Assembly: GCA_051531975.1 (NCBI GenBank)
Contig: JAOPTT010000008.1
Span: 32,001 to 96,000, forward strand
DNA length: 64,000 bases
Direction of reading: 5' to 3'
Source of the DNA: Spirochaetaceae bacterium
Lineage (GTDB): Bacteria; Spirochaetota; Spirochaetia; DSM-2461
This document shows positions 29,412-39,166 of this stretch, in pieces. The notes beneath the pieces were generated by a model that worked only from the letters and a program-made list of their open reading frames with translations, ran no database searches and was not told the origin of the DNA. Both the position numbers and the translations under genes were made by a program. Each line of letters starts with the position of its first letter. Position 1 is the stretch's first letter.

Positions 29412-29818
29412 ATGAAAGTAACCATATTTGGGTCAACTGGTAGTCTTGGACAGGAATGTCTTAGGCAATGCGACAACAACATATCCCAAGATTCATATGG
29501 TGTGGAGGTGGCAGTAATATTCTTAAGGATGATGTTATCACTTCAGGTGCAAAATTTGTACGGAAATATTCTGAGATATTCTTAAAACATACAGACAAGG
29601 AACACCAATTGGCAGTGATAGAGGCAAATAAAGATCTTTGCTTGATTGGTATTCGGCCATTGCAAATGGTAAAAGGCAAAAAGACAGGTTTTTACCGACT
29701 TGGCTATAATAGGTTTAGTGGTATGTCAAAAATATCTTTTGCTGATTGTGCTCATGCCATGGTTAATATGTTGATTGATGAAAGCTGGGTTGGGAAAGCT
29801 CCTATAATTCAGTACTAA
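29412..29818 (+). pseudogene. NAD(P)H-binding oxidoreductase (atypical SDR) with internal deletion
   Basis: AGGAG RBS, MKVTIFGSTGSLG (GxxGxxG) joined out of frame to AMRQQHIPRFIWCGG...IRP...ISFADCA. Confidence 0.75.
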
Positions 29819-29870
29819 AAAGCATGTATATATAAATATGGAAGAAATTTTATATAAAGGAATTTTAATC

Positions 29871-30320
29871 ATGAAAATACAAATGATATTATTACTACTA
29901 ATATTAATAACTGGATGTGCCAGTATAAGCCCTAAATTAGGAATTGAAAATGGTCTGTTTGCAGAATGTCCTGATTCTCCTAATTGTGTTAGTAGTATGG
30001 CAAAGGATGAAAAGTTTTACATTAAACCAATAATTGCACTAGGGACTTCTATTGAAATAAATAGACAAATAATTAATATATTAAATCAGATTAAAAGTGC
30101 TGATATAATAATTAACGAAGATTATTATATCAGAGCGGAGTATAATTCTAAAATATTTGGTTTTGTTGATGACGTAGAGTTTTATTTCCCAAAGACTAAA
30201 ACAGAGGAAATAATAATACATATCCGATCTGCTTCTAGACTCGGGTATTCAGATATGGGAGTTAATAGAAAAAGAGTTGAAGATTTTCGAATAAAATTTA
30301 AAATTCTTAATTCTAAATAA
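29871..30320 (+). CDS. DUF1499 family lipoprotein
   Basis: CPDSPNCVSS...FGFVDDVEF...IRSASRLGYSDMGVNRKR. Confidence 0.9.
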   Translation: MKIQMILLLLILITGCASISPKLGIENGLFAECPDSPNCVSSMAKDEKFYIKPIIALGTSIEINRQIINILNQIKSADIIINEDYYIRAEYNSKIFGFVDDVEFYFPKTKTEEIIIHIRSASRLGYSDMGVNRKRVEDFRIKFKILNSK

Positions 30321-30390
30321 TAATAAAATAACATATCATTTAATATTATGAAATTTTCAATTTTCTATTATTATTAATTTTAGGAGAACT

Positions 30391-32160
30391 ATGAAACGTT
30401 TTAAGCTGATACTTTTTTTTACATTATTTATATTGTTACTAATATCAACAGGATATTTTGCATTAGAAAAAATTAAAAATGAAACTAAAATAAATATTAG
30501 AAGTTCTTTAATAACTGTTTTAGCAACTACTCACGAATCTATCTATATTTGGTTAGATTATAGAACTAAAGATATCGAAGAAATTGTATCTAATAAAAAA
30601 ATTAAAGCTATAACTTCTGAATTATTAAAGCTAGAGGATTATAGTAAATTACACTCTAACCCATCGATTATAGAACTTAGAGAACATATGAGACCTATAT
30701 TAGAAAAAAATAGTGATTTAGGTATTTTCATTATATCTCCAGATAACATAAGTATAGCCTCTATGCGGGATTCTAATCTGGGGTTAAAAAATATAATATC
30801 TACAGATAGACCAAATATACTAAAAGATGTATTTAAGGGAGAGACAAAACTTGTCCCAACAATTCAGTCTGATGTTGTATTAAACTCTGAAATAAACACT
30901 GATTTTAAAAAATCTACTCCAACAATATTTATTGCAACTCCAATAATAATAGACAATAAGATTGTAGCAGCTTTTACTCTCAGACTTGATCCTGCAAAAG
31001 CATTTACTAAAATTATTAGTTTAGGAAATATTGGTAGGTCAGGAGAAACTTACGCCTTTGATAATAATGCAACACTAATAACAGATATAAGATTTCCATC
31101 AGCACTTAGAAGCAAAGGTTTATTAAAACCAAATGAAAAAGCAATTCTTAATATGAGAATACTTGATCCTGGAGTAAATCTAATTAGAGATTCAGAAAGC
31201 TATCCTACACTTGATGACAAGAATCTTACTGTAATGGCCAAATCTGCAACTTCAGGTAAATCCGAAGTAAATATTGAAGGATATAATGATTATAGAGGTG
31301 TCCCAGTTTATGGTGCTTGGTTATGGGATGAAAACTTAGGTATTGGTATAACTACAGAGATAGATATAGATGAAGCTATGAAACCCTATCAGGTAACTAA
31401 GAAGGTATTAATTTCAGTGTTAATATCTATAGGAATAATTACAATTATATTTTTCATTTATCTTATTTATATGCAAAGATATAATGAAAGATCATTAAGA
31501 ATATTAAATAATAAGCTAGAAGAAAAGGTAAAAGTTAGAACTTTAGATTTAGAAGAAGCAAAATCTGAATTGTTGAATTTAAATAGAGAACTTCAAAATA
31601 TTGCTACTACTGATGCACTAACAGGTTTAGCTAATAGGCGTAATTTTGATAGTTTTTCTCATAATGAGTGGAACAGATGTTTAAGAAATAAAACTTATAT
31701 GACTTTAGCTATTTTAGATATAGATTTTTTTAAAAAATTGAATGATACATATGGGCATCAGTTTGGAGATGAATGTCTTAAAAGACTTGGGTTTTTATTA
31801 AAGAATAATAGATTTGTTTCTAGACCAGGGGATTTAATTGCTAGATATGGAGGGGAAGAATTTGTATTTGTATTTTCTGGGACTACAAAAGAAGATGCTT
31901 ATATAATTCTAAAAAAAGTGATAGATTCCATAAAAATAGAGGCTATACCCCACAAGACATCAGAAGTGTTAAATAGTGATATTATGACAGTTAGTATAGG
32001 ATATTATAGTGAAGTTCCAAATGATAAAGTTAGTTTAGATGAATTAATTTCTAGAGCTGATGAATCACTATATATAGCAAAAAAGAATGGTCGAAATAGA
32101 ATTGAATATTATTGTGATCATAAAAAATGTTCTGATTGTACTGGTTGTTCTAAATATTAA
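30391..32160 (+). CDS. Membrane sensor (Cache-like) diguanylate cyclase
   Basis: Two TM helices; DALTGLANRR, DIDFFK, RPGD I-site, RYGGEEF; Cys-rich tail. Confidence 0.92.
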   Translation: MKRFKLILFFTLFILLLISTGYFALEKIKNETKINIRSSLITVLATTHESIYIWLDYRTKDIEEIVSNKKIKAITSELLKLEDYSKLHSNPSIIELREHMRPILEKNSDLGIFIISPDNISIASMRDSNLGLKNIISTDRPNILKDVFKGETKLVPTIQSDVVLNSEINTDFKKSTPTIFIATPIIIDNKIVAAFTLRLDPAKAFTKIISLGNIGRSGETYAFDNNATLITDIRFPSALRSKGLLKPNEKAILNMRILDPGVNLIRDSESYPTLDDKNLTVMAKSATSGKSEVNIEGYNDYRGVPVYGAWLWDENLGIGITTEIDIDEAMKPYQVTKKVLISVLISIGIITIIFFIYLIYMQRYNERSLRILNNKLEEKVKVRTLDLEEAKSELLNLNRELQNIATTDALTGLANRRNFDSFSHNEWNRCLRNKTYMTLAILDIDFFKKLNDTYGHQFGDECLKRLGFLLKNNRFVSRPGDLIARYGGEEFVFVFSGTTKEDAYIILKKVIDSIKIEAIPHKTSEVLNSDIMTVSIGYYSEVPNDKVSLDELISRADESLYIAKKNGRNRIEYYCDHKKCSDCTGCSKY

Positions 32161-32255
32161 TACGTCAATCTACAATGATTCAGTTATTGTTATTTAAATT
32201 TTTTGATAGAGTATTAATCATTTTTCATGATATGATAAGTATAGGAGATTTAATA

Positions 32256-32354
32256 ATGGGTGAAAAAGATAAAGGCAAAAAAGATGTTAAAACTAAACCA
32301 ACTTTAACTGCTAAAGAGAAAAAAGCAAAAAAATTAGAGAAGAAGAATAAATAA
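32256..32354 (+). CDS. Unannotated 32-aa lysine-rich small protein
   Basis: AGGAG RBS; MGEKDKGKKDVKTKPTLTAKEKKAKKLEKKNK; followed by a hairpin. Confidence 0.75.
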   Translation: MGEKDKGKKDVKTKPTLTAKEKKAKKLEKKNK

Positions 32355-32368
32355 AAAACTTCTAGTTT

Positions 32369-32397
32369 TACTCTCTGCACAATAGATGCAGAGAGTA
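32369..32397 (+). terminator. Hairpin after small protein gene
   Basis: TACTCTCTGCA-N7-TGCAGAGAGTA perfect 11-bp stem; no T tail on the + side. Confidence 0.55.
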
Positions 32398-32523
32398 TCC
32401 TCCTCACAATTTAATATGATATCCAGAACAATTCAATAAATTAGAATAAATTATATTTATTAGTATATTGAAAAATCAAACATAGCGTTATTGATAATAA
32501 TTATTTATACTGAAGTGTAGGAT

Positions 32524-33087
32524 ATGAAAATGAATAGATATAAAAAGACTTGTAGTTTATCTTTGGATATAGAAATTAGGTTAATGCGGCTAATTCTGTG
32601 TATCATGTTATTATTTCACATTGCAATATCTCCACTATTTTCAAACAACAATTCTGAGATCTCAGAAATTGATAAAAAAATAGATACTCTATATAGTTAT
32701 ACAGTTAATCTAATTTATCCTGAAGAGTTAAATGAAATGTTAGACTCAGATATCTTTATTCTTGATACAAGATCAGAGAAAGAATTTACCCTTAGTCATA
32801 TAAAAGATGCAATTTTTATAGATTATAAATCATTCTCCTTAGATAAGTTACCAAAGATTAACAAAAATTCAAAAATTATTATTTATTGCACAATTGGTTA
32901 TAGAAGTGAAAAAATTGGAGAGGCTTTACTTGATGACGGTTACATCGATGTATCTAATTTATATGGAGGTTTAATAAACTGGGTTAACCTTAAATTCGAT
33001 GTATATAATAAAAATGGAATTGTAAAAAAGATACATCTATACTCAATTCTTTGGAGAAAGTATCTTTTAAATAAGGATTACAAATGA
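32524..33087 (+). CDS. Rhodanese-like protein
   Basis: LDTRSEKEF..SHIKDA, YCTIGYRS, NLYGGLINW; start uncertain. Confidence 0.88.
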   Translation: MKMNRYKKTCSLSLDIEIRLMRLILCIMLLFHIAISPLFSNNNSEISEIDKKIDTLYSYTVNLIYPEELNEMLDSDIFILDTRSEKEFTLSHIKDAIFIDYKSFSLDKLPKINKNSKIIIYCTIGYRSEKIGEALLDDGYIDVSNLYGGLINWVNLKFDVYNKNGIVKKIHLYSILWRKYLLNKDYK

Positions 33088-33869
33088 AAAAGTTATTATT
33101 CATATGTTTTTTAATATCAGTTATTTCAAATTTATATGCCGCTCCCACACCAGAAGTTTGGGAGAAATGGAATGAATATAATTTAAACAGTACGCTGGTG
33201 ATAAACCACGAATTATGGACAACGTTTTTAAAAAGAAATCTAGTTAGTAAAAATGGAATGAATCTAGTTAAATATTCAGAAGTAAACAGAGAAAGTTATA
33301 ATAACTTAAGCAGTTATATAGAATATTTAACTAGTCAAAAAATTACTAATCTGAATAGAGAAGAGCAGAAATCAGTCTGGATTAATTTATACAACGCTTT
33401 AACTATTAAAGTGGTTCTTGATCACTATCCTGTTAAATCAATTAAAAATATAAATATTTCAGGCCTATTTAAAATTGGACCCTGGGATAAAAAACTTGTA
33501 AGTATTGAATCAGAAGAAATATCCTTAAATGATATAGAACATAAAATATTGCGACCTATTTGGAATGACCATAGAATTCACTACTCTTTAAACTGTGCCA
33601 GCATGAGCTGCCCAGAACTACAGAAAGAGGCATTTACACCTAATAATATTGAAGGTTTGTTAAATATAGCTGAAGGAACATATTTAAAAAGTTCTTATGG
33701 CCATAAATTTTTAAATAATACATTAATTTTATCCTCAATTTATAACTGGTTTTATATTGATTTTGGTAAAGATGAAGAAGAAGTAATAAATTACATAGAA
33801 AGTATAATAAATATTCGTGATTATAAAAAAATCAAATATAGTTACGATTGGTCACTAAATGCTTATTAG
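33084..33869 (+). CDS. DUF547 family secreted protein
   Basis: WINLYNALT...SLNDIEHKILR...RIHYSLNCASMSCP...YDWSLN. Confidence 0.9.
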   Translation: MKKLLFICFLISVISNLYAAPTPEVWEKWNEYNLNSTLVINHELWTTFLKRNLVSKNGMNLVKYSEVNRESYNNLSSYIEYLTSQKITNLNREEQKSVWINLYNALTIKVVLDHYPVKSIKNINISGLFKIGPWDKKLVSIESEEISLNDIEHKILRPIWNDHRIHYSLNCASMSCPELQKEAFTPNNIEGLLNIAEGTYLKSSYGHKFLNNTLILSSIYNWFYIDFGKDEEEVINYIESIINIRDYKKIKYSYDWSLNAY

Positions 33870-34106
33870 TTTTTGTATAAATTAGTTACTAATCAAGAAA
33901 ACTATATTGTCCATAAGAATTCCTTTTGATAGGCATACTTAATAAATTGAGAACAGTCTAAGAAAAAATGCTAATATTTTTTTAATTATGTCCTAAAACT
34001 AATTAAAGTTAGATTCGAAAAGTTATCGTGTTAATATTTTATCAGGTCAATAAATTTGATCTAAATTGAATAAAAATATTTTAGAATAAAAAGATATAAA
34101 TAATTT

Positions 34107-34133
34107 CCAACTTTTTATTATTATATGTGTCTA
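34107..34133 (+). promoter_or_regulatory. Candidate ECF-sigma autoregulatory promoter
   Basis: CCAAC-N17-GTCTA directly upstream of the ECF gene, matching the common AAC/GTC ECF promoter pattern. Confidence 0.5.
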
Positions 34134-34151
34134 TTAGTGTAGAGAGGATTT

Positions 34152-35315
34152 ATGGATAAAAAGATTTTAATAGATGCAATACATGGCAATAGTAAATCAC
34201 TAGAAAAAATTATATCCCAAAACCAAACACGTATTTATGCTTTTGTTAAAAGTAAAGTTAATAATTCTATGGATGTAGATGAAATAGTGCAAGAAACTTT
34301 TATAAATTGCTTAATAAATATTGGGAAACTTCAAAAAATTGAAACCTTTGATTCTTGGTTATTTAAACTTTGCCATAACAAAATTAAAAACTATTATAGG
34401 GATAAAAGAGAAGATGTTGAGTTTAATGAAAATGTAAATATAACTAATGAAATTAAAAATGAGTGGAATAATTATACAGACTTATTAAAAGTTTCAATTT
34501 CCACTTTATCTAGAAATCAAAGAGATGTTTTGCAACTATATTACTTTTCAGGACATAGTTATCTAGAAATATCTAAAATTTGCAATATAAGTTTAATAAA
34601 AGTTAAAAGCAGACTCTATGAAGCAAAACAGATCCTAAAATCTAAAATACCTCATCTTTATCACGGAGTTGAGCTAACAAAAAGCTTAATGAATACAGAA
34701 AAGGAGTTAATTATGAAAGAGTTAGAATTAATAAAGATAGCATCAAGTGTAATAAGATCACTTTCTTTAAAAGATCAGATGGAACTATGTTTAAATATTT
34801 CCAATAGTGAAAAAATCTCAGGGAAACTATTAGAAAATATAAGTGAAATTGAATTTGGTAAAGATTTTTTAAAAGGATATAATTCAAGACTGACTGTACG
34901 CGATCTATCTAAAATTATAACTTACGATAAAGTATTGGATAAGTGGTTAATAAATAATCTTGAAAAAATAGAACCACAAATTACAGAAGAATTCAAAAAA
35001 AATATATTTGTATTTGAGGATATAGTATTATTGCCTCCAAGTTCTGTTGAGTTAGTACTAAAAAACATAAAATATGAGACTATAATTACCGCTATATCAT
35101 CTACCGAAAAAGTCGTAAAACAATATATACTTAGTTTCTTTGATAATGAAGAAAAAGAGCAAATACTTAATTTATTTTTAGATATTAGTAGTCTAGATAC
35201 AGATATAAATAGAGCTCAATTTAGTATCGTTGAAAGGATACGGGAACTACATGACGATAGAATAATCTCATTCTCATTTGATGTTAAAGAAAACTTACGA
35301 AAACAAGGTTTATAA
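34152..35315 (+). CDS. ECF sigma-70 factor with C-terminal FliG_C-like domain
   Basis: Region 2 (DEIVQETF, FDSWLFKL) and region 4 (LSRNQRDVLQLYYFSGHSYLEIS...VKSRLYEAK); C-terminus EEFKKNIFVFEDI...AQFSIVERIRELHDDRII. Confidence 0.85.
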   Translation: MDKKILIDAIHGNSKSLEKIISQNQTRIYAFVKSKVNNSMDVDEIVQETFINCLINIGKLQKIETFDSWLFKLCHNKIKNYYRDKREDVEFNENVNITNEIKNEWNNYTDLLKVSISTLSRNQRDVLQLYYFSGHSYLEISKICNISLIKVKSRLYEAKQILKSKIPHLYHGVELTKSLMNTEKELIMKELELIKIASSVIRSLSLKDQMELCLNISNSEKISGKLLENISEIEFGKDFLKGYNSRLTVRDLSKIITYDKVLDKWLINNLEKIEPQITEEFKKNIFVFEDIVLLPPSSVELVLKNIKYETIITAISSTEKVVKQYILSFFDNEEKEQILNLFLDISSLDTDINRAQFSIVERIRELHDDRIISFSFDVKENLRKQGL

Positions 35316-35499
35316 CAGAAGTTTGTTATTAAAAATCAGTCAGATCAATCGACATTTTCTAAGTATCCTGATTATTAGCAGCATAAACACTAATTTTTAA
35401 AAGTCAGATAGTAGATCTATTTTTTATATGGTAATAAATAGTTAAATATTTGATTTACATAAGTTAATGACATAAAATTTATTAAATAACAGATTAACT

Positions 35500-36753
35500 A
35501 TGAGGATGCAAATAATTATGAATAAGAGCAATATGAAAAAAATCATTGATGAATTATTACTATATTCTGGTCAATTTGGGTTATTTTATATCATTATGCA
35601 AATTATAAAATCAAAATCAATTTTTATAAATGATATTGGACATTTAGGATTATTGTTATCATTGATTTTACAAGTTTTTTTATTGGCTTACTTTGGTCAC
35701 AAAGTTAAATATCGTCTATTATTTTCTTTTATAGTTCCAGTTATTTATAGCTTATTAGAAGTGAGAGAGGGAATTGATTATTTACTAAATACTGCACATA
35801 TTGGATTCTGGATATATGCTGTAATTTCTGCAAGTTTAATGTCAATAAAAATTCATAGTAATACAATTTTTAATAAATCAATTGAAGTCATTTTTGTAGT
35901 TCTCAACGTATTTATATTTTTGTTTATCTACTTTTACTTTGATACCTGGAAAGAAGTAATTACACCTGAAAAATTAATAATAACAGAAATTTTTAAATAC
36001 TTAGATACATTTTTACAAGACCCAACCCACTGGTTTATCATTTTTGGTGGAACATTACTCGCTTTTACTATTGCTTTAGGTCGATATGAAATTGAAAAAC
36101 TTAAAGAAAGAATTACTTCCCTATTTGGACAATATGTAGATAAAAATATAAGGGATACAATTATTAATAAAGGTGAATATATCGCAAAAAAAGACAAGTT
36201 ATGTATCATGTTCGCTGATATCAAAGATTTTACAAAGTTATGTGAAGAAAATGATGCTGAAAGTATAAGTAAAATGTTAAATATATACTTTGATTACTGG
36301 AATAGTATAGTTAAGAGACATAATGGAACTATTGATAAATATATAGGAGATGCTATCATGGTTATTTTTGGACTTCAGAGTGTAAAGGATCCATGTAATT
36401 CTGCAGCAGAATGTTCATTAGAAATAATTAAAAACAAGATGATCCTTGAGGATGAATTAAATAGAAAATCATTACCACTGCCTACAGACTTTGGTATTGG
36501 TTGCCATTTTGGAGAATTAATAATTGGAGATTTAGGAAGTAGTGATAGAAAGAATTTTACAGTTATTGGAGACACTGTAAATATTGCATCTAGACTTGAG
36601 TCTATTACAAGAAATGTACATAGCGATTTGATACTATCAAATACTATGTACACCCACTTAAAAGATTCTCTAAAATCTAAATTTTATAATCTTGGAGAAT
36701 TCGAACTTAAAGGTAAGAGTTCTCTAGTAAAAGTTTGGGGTAATAAAGTCTAA
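35500..36753 (+). CDS. Membrane-bound class III adenylate/guanylate cyclase
   Basis: Multi-TM N-terminus; FADIKDFT, DKYIGDAIM, TVIGDTVNIASRLE, ELKGK. Confidence 0.92.
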   Translation: MRMQIIMNKSNMKKIIDELLLYSGQFGLFYIIMQIIKSKSIFINDIGHLGLLLSLILQVFLLAYFGHKVKYRLLFSFIVPVIYSLLEVREGIDYLLNTAHIGFWIYAVISASLMSIKIHSNTIFNKSIEVIFVVLNVFIFLFIYFYFDTWKEVITPEKLIITEIFKYLDTFLQDPTHWFIIFGGTLLAFTIALGRYEIEKLKERITSLFGQYVDKNIRDTIINKGEYIAKKDKLCIMFADIKDFTKLCEENDAESISKMLNIYFDYWNSIVKRHNGTIDKYIGDAIMVIFGLQSVKDPCNSAAECSLEIIKNKMILEDELNRKSLPLPTDFGIGCHFGELIIGDLGSSDRKNFTVIGDTVNIASRLESITRNVHSDLILSNTMYTHLKDSLKSKFYNLGEFELKGKSSLVKVWGNKV

Positions 36754-36761
36754 TAATATTA

Positions 36762-37622
36762 CTAAATAACTTTAAAATGATTATTCACTTTAAATCCTAT
36801 AATAATACCCCATAATAGATTTGCATACATGATCTCAGGAAGATGAGCCATTCTAACAAATCCAGGCATTAGAAAGTTTGGAACAAGAAGGCTTGATGAC
36901 ATTAAACACCCAAAAACAATCCCTGTAATTAAACTTTTTTCCCAAACGGACCCCTTCTGATTCTTCTGAAGTGCTATTGCAATAAGTATCCAAATAGAAG
37001 CTCTAGGTATCTGCATAATATATCCAATTGGAACTAGTGACATATCCATTGCAGAACTTTCTCCTGAGAAATAGAAGTCTTTAACACCTTCAACATTCAT
37101 AGGAATTAAAAATCCAGCGATAAAGTAGATAACAAACCAGATAATAATCCATGAAACCCAATGTAGAATAAGCTTTTTACTCCATAAAAATTCTGAAATT
37201 TTATCCTCACTTGGTATTTTAGAACCAAAGAGATAAGCGATTATATAACCAAGAATAAAAGACATAATAAGTCCATTTAATAAGTTAACCATCTGTAGCG
37301 GTACAGGATAAATATACCTCATGAAAATTAAGCTTTCCACTGTATTAAGAACATGATTAATAGCAAAATAAATTAGAGATAACATCAGTCCTAGACTTTT
37401 TCTTTTCAGTTTAGACCGATGTGCTATTAACGCTATAACTAAAATTTGTATTACTGCAACAGTAAATAGACCAGTAATTGTTTCAGTTTGTCCTGGCATT
37501 TTTATGTTACTCAGATCAATACCAAATAGTGGGGTAATTAATGCTCCAGTTAACATGATTGTTACAATATATGCTAAAGTAGCAATAAGACATTTAGTAA
37601 ATAATAATATAGATTTTTTCAT
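36762..37622 (-). CDS. Hypothetical multi-pass membrane protein
   Basis: About 8 hydrophobic segments; GGAGG RBS before MKKSILL. Confidence 0.8.
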   Translation of the reverse strand: MKKSILLFTKCLIATLAYIVTIMLTGALITPLFGIDLSNIKMPGQTETITGLFTVAVIQILVIALIAHRSKLKRKSLGLMLSLIYFAINHVLNTVESLIFMRYIYPVPLQMVNLLNGLIMSFILGYIIAYLFGSKIPSEDKISEFLWSKKLILHWVSWIIIWFVIYFIAGFLIPMNVEGVKDFYFSGESSAMDMSLVPIGYIMQIPRASIWILIAIALQKNQKGSVWEKSLITGIVFGCLMSSSLLVPNFLMPGFVRMAHLPEIMYANLLWGIIIGFKVNNHFKVI

Positions 37623-37681
37623 ATCATCCTCCACCTATTAAACTACAACCAGTATCAGTGAAAAGATATGGGAAATTATAC

Positions 37682-38554
37682 CTAGTTTAATAAATTAACC
37701 AGATCAACACGGCTATTTACCTCTGTTTTTTTATAGATGTTATATATATGATTTTTTACAGTACTAGTGGAAATTTTAAGGTCAAAAGCTATCTCTTTAT
37801 TACTGTGACCCCTAAGAATCGCTGTACTTATCTCTACTTCCCTAGTTGTAAGATTCCACTTTGAAATATATTCATCTAATATAATTGTGTTATTTTGAGG
37901 TCTCTTTATTTTAGCTTTTATTTGGGACATATTCAGTAAATTCCAGCAAATAAATATAATTGGAATATTAACTGTATAATCTCCAAGAAATCCAAAATAA
38001 TATTTTAAAGACATTTCTAATGCTATTATAGCCAGTGTAAAAAGTAGAAAGAAATACCAGAGTCTATTTTCATTACTGCTTTTATTCTCTTCTGATTTAG
38101 AATTCCTATGAGCAAACCAGATAGATATTAAAATAAAAGATGGAACAGCAATAATAATAGGGTAAAAAGAAAATGTAGTTTGCCACAATATTAGTTGCAA
38201 CATTGCTATAACAACAAATAATAGGGGTATAACAGACCATAAAATCTTAGTACTTTTAGTAATACCTTTTTTATCTACTATAAAACTAAGTCGTGATATT
38301 GACCTTGCTAATATACCTTGCCCTAAAATAATAACTGCAATAAAAACTGAAGAAACAAAGGTAGACTTAATAACATTAACCTTTAAATATAATACAATTA
38401 ATGCTGATAACATTAAAAAAGTATAAGAGAGATGAACTCCAATGTAACCCTTCATAAAATCAGAATTATTACCATATTTCATAATAAGATAGATAGCTGA
38501 CACTATGCCACTAATTCCAGATAAAAGATAAAGTAATAATATAATATGAGTCAT
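37682..38554 (-). CDS. Membrane-anchored LuxR-type regulator
   Basis: Multi-TM N-terminus; LTTREVEI...GHSNKEIA...STVKNHIYNIYKK HTH; start moved to avoid overlap with the divergent gene. Confidence 0.88.
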   Translation of the reverse strand: MTHIILLLYLLSGISGIVSAIYLIMKYGNNSDFMKGYIGVHLSYTFLMLSALIVLYLKVNVIKSTFVSSVFIAVIILGQGILARSISRLSFIVDKKGITKSTKILWSVIPLLFVVIAMLQLILWQTTFSFYPIIIAVPSFILISIWFAHRNSKSEENKSSNENRLWYFFLLFTLAIIALEMSLKYYFGFLGDYTVNIPIIFICWNLLNMSQIKAKIKRPQNNTIILDEYISKWNLTTREVEISTAILRGHSNKEIAFDLKISTSTVKNHIYNIYKKTEVNSRVDLVNLLN

Positions 38555-38615
38555 GTTTTGATTATAGCATTGGAATATAATTAGAACTATACTAATTGTA
38601 TTGGGGTTAAAAAAT

Positions 38616-39152
38616 ATGGTTAAAATCGAAATCAATTCAACCACACCTATTAATAATTTAAAAGATATAGACTCAGTTGAACACTCAGTAATAAATGCTG
38701 AAGGTATTACACTTATAACCTTTTTCAGATTTTCTACATGCCCTTTTTGTAATCTACGGCTACGTGCATTAAATAGCTTTATAGAACCCTATGGTTCAAA
38801 GATTAAAGTAATCGCTGTCTTTGGCTCTCCTGAAGCTGAAGTAAGGAAAGCTAAAGAACTTCACCATCCATCATTTCCGCTAGTAAGTAATGCTGATCGA
38901 TCACTATATAAAATATTTTCTGTAACTAAGTCATGGCTTGGTGTTATTAAAGGTATGATATTTAGATTTCCATCATTAATTAAAGGAATGGTACTACAGG
39001 GCAAAATCCCTTTAAATTTTGATGGTATGTTAAATACTATGCCGGCTAGTTTCATAATAGATAAAAACGGTATTATAATTGAAGTTTACTATGGAAAAGA
39101 TGAAGGTGATCATATTAGCTTTAAAAGGATTACAGAAATAATAAACAAATAA
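38616..39152 (+). CDS. AhpC/TSA (peroxiredoxin-like) redoxin
   Basis: FFRFSTCPFCNL; PASFIIDKNG. Confidence 0.85.
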   Translation: MVKIEINSTTPINNLKDIDSVEHSVINAEGITLITFFRFSTCPFCNLRLRALNSFIEPYGSKIKVIAVFGSPEAEVRKAKELHHPSFPLVSNADRSLYKIFSVTKSWLGVIKGMIFRFPSLIKGMVLQGKIPLNFDGMLNTMPASFIIDKNGIIIEVYYGKDEGDHISFKRITEIINK

Positions 39153-39166
39153 CTAGAATATCCAAA

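Noticed and set aside
32225..32407. 60-aa - strand ORF
   Set aside because: Shadow of the + strand 32-aa gene, which has the RBS and downstream hairpin.
34152..35315. Calling this gene fliG
   Set aside because: The N-terminal half is an ECF sigma factor, the torque-helix charges are missing and no flagellar genes are nearby.
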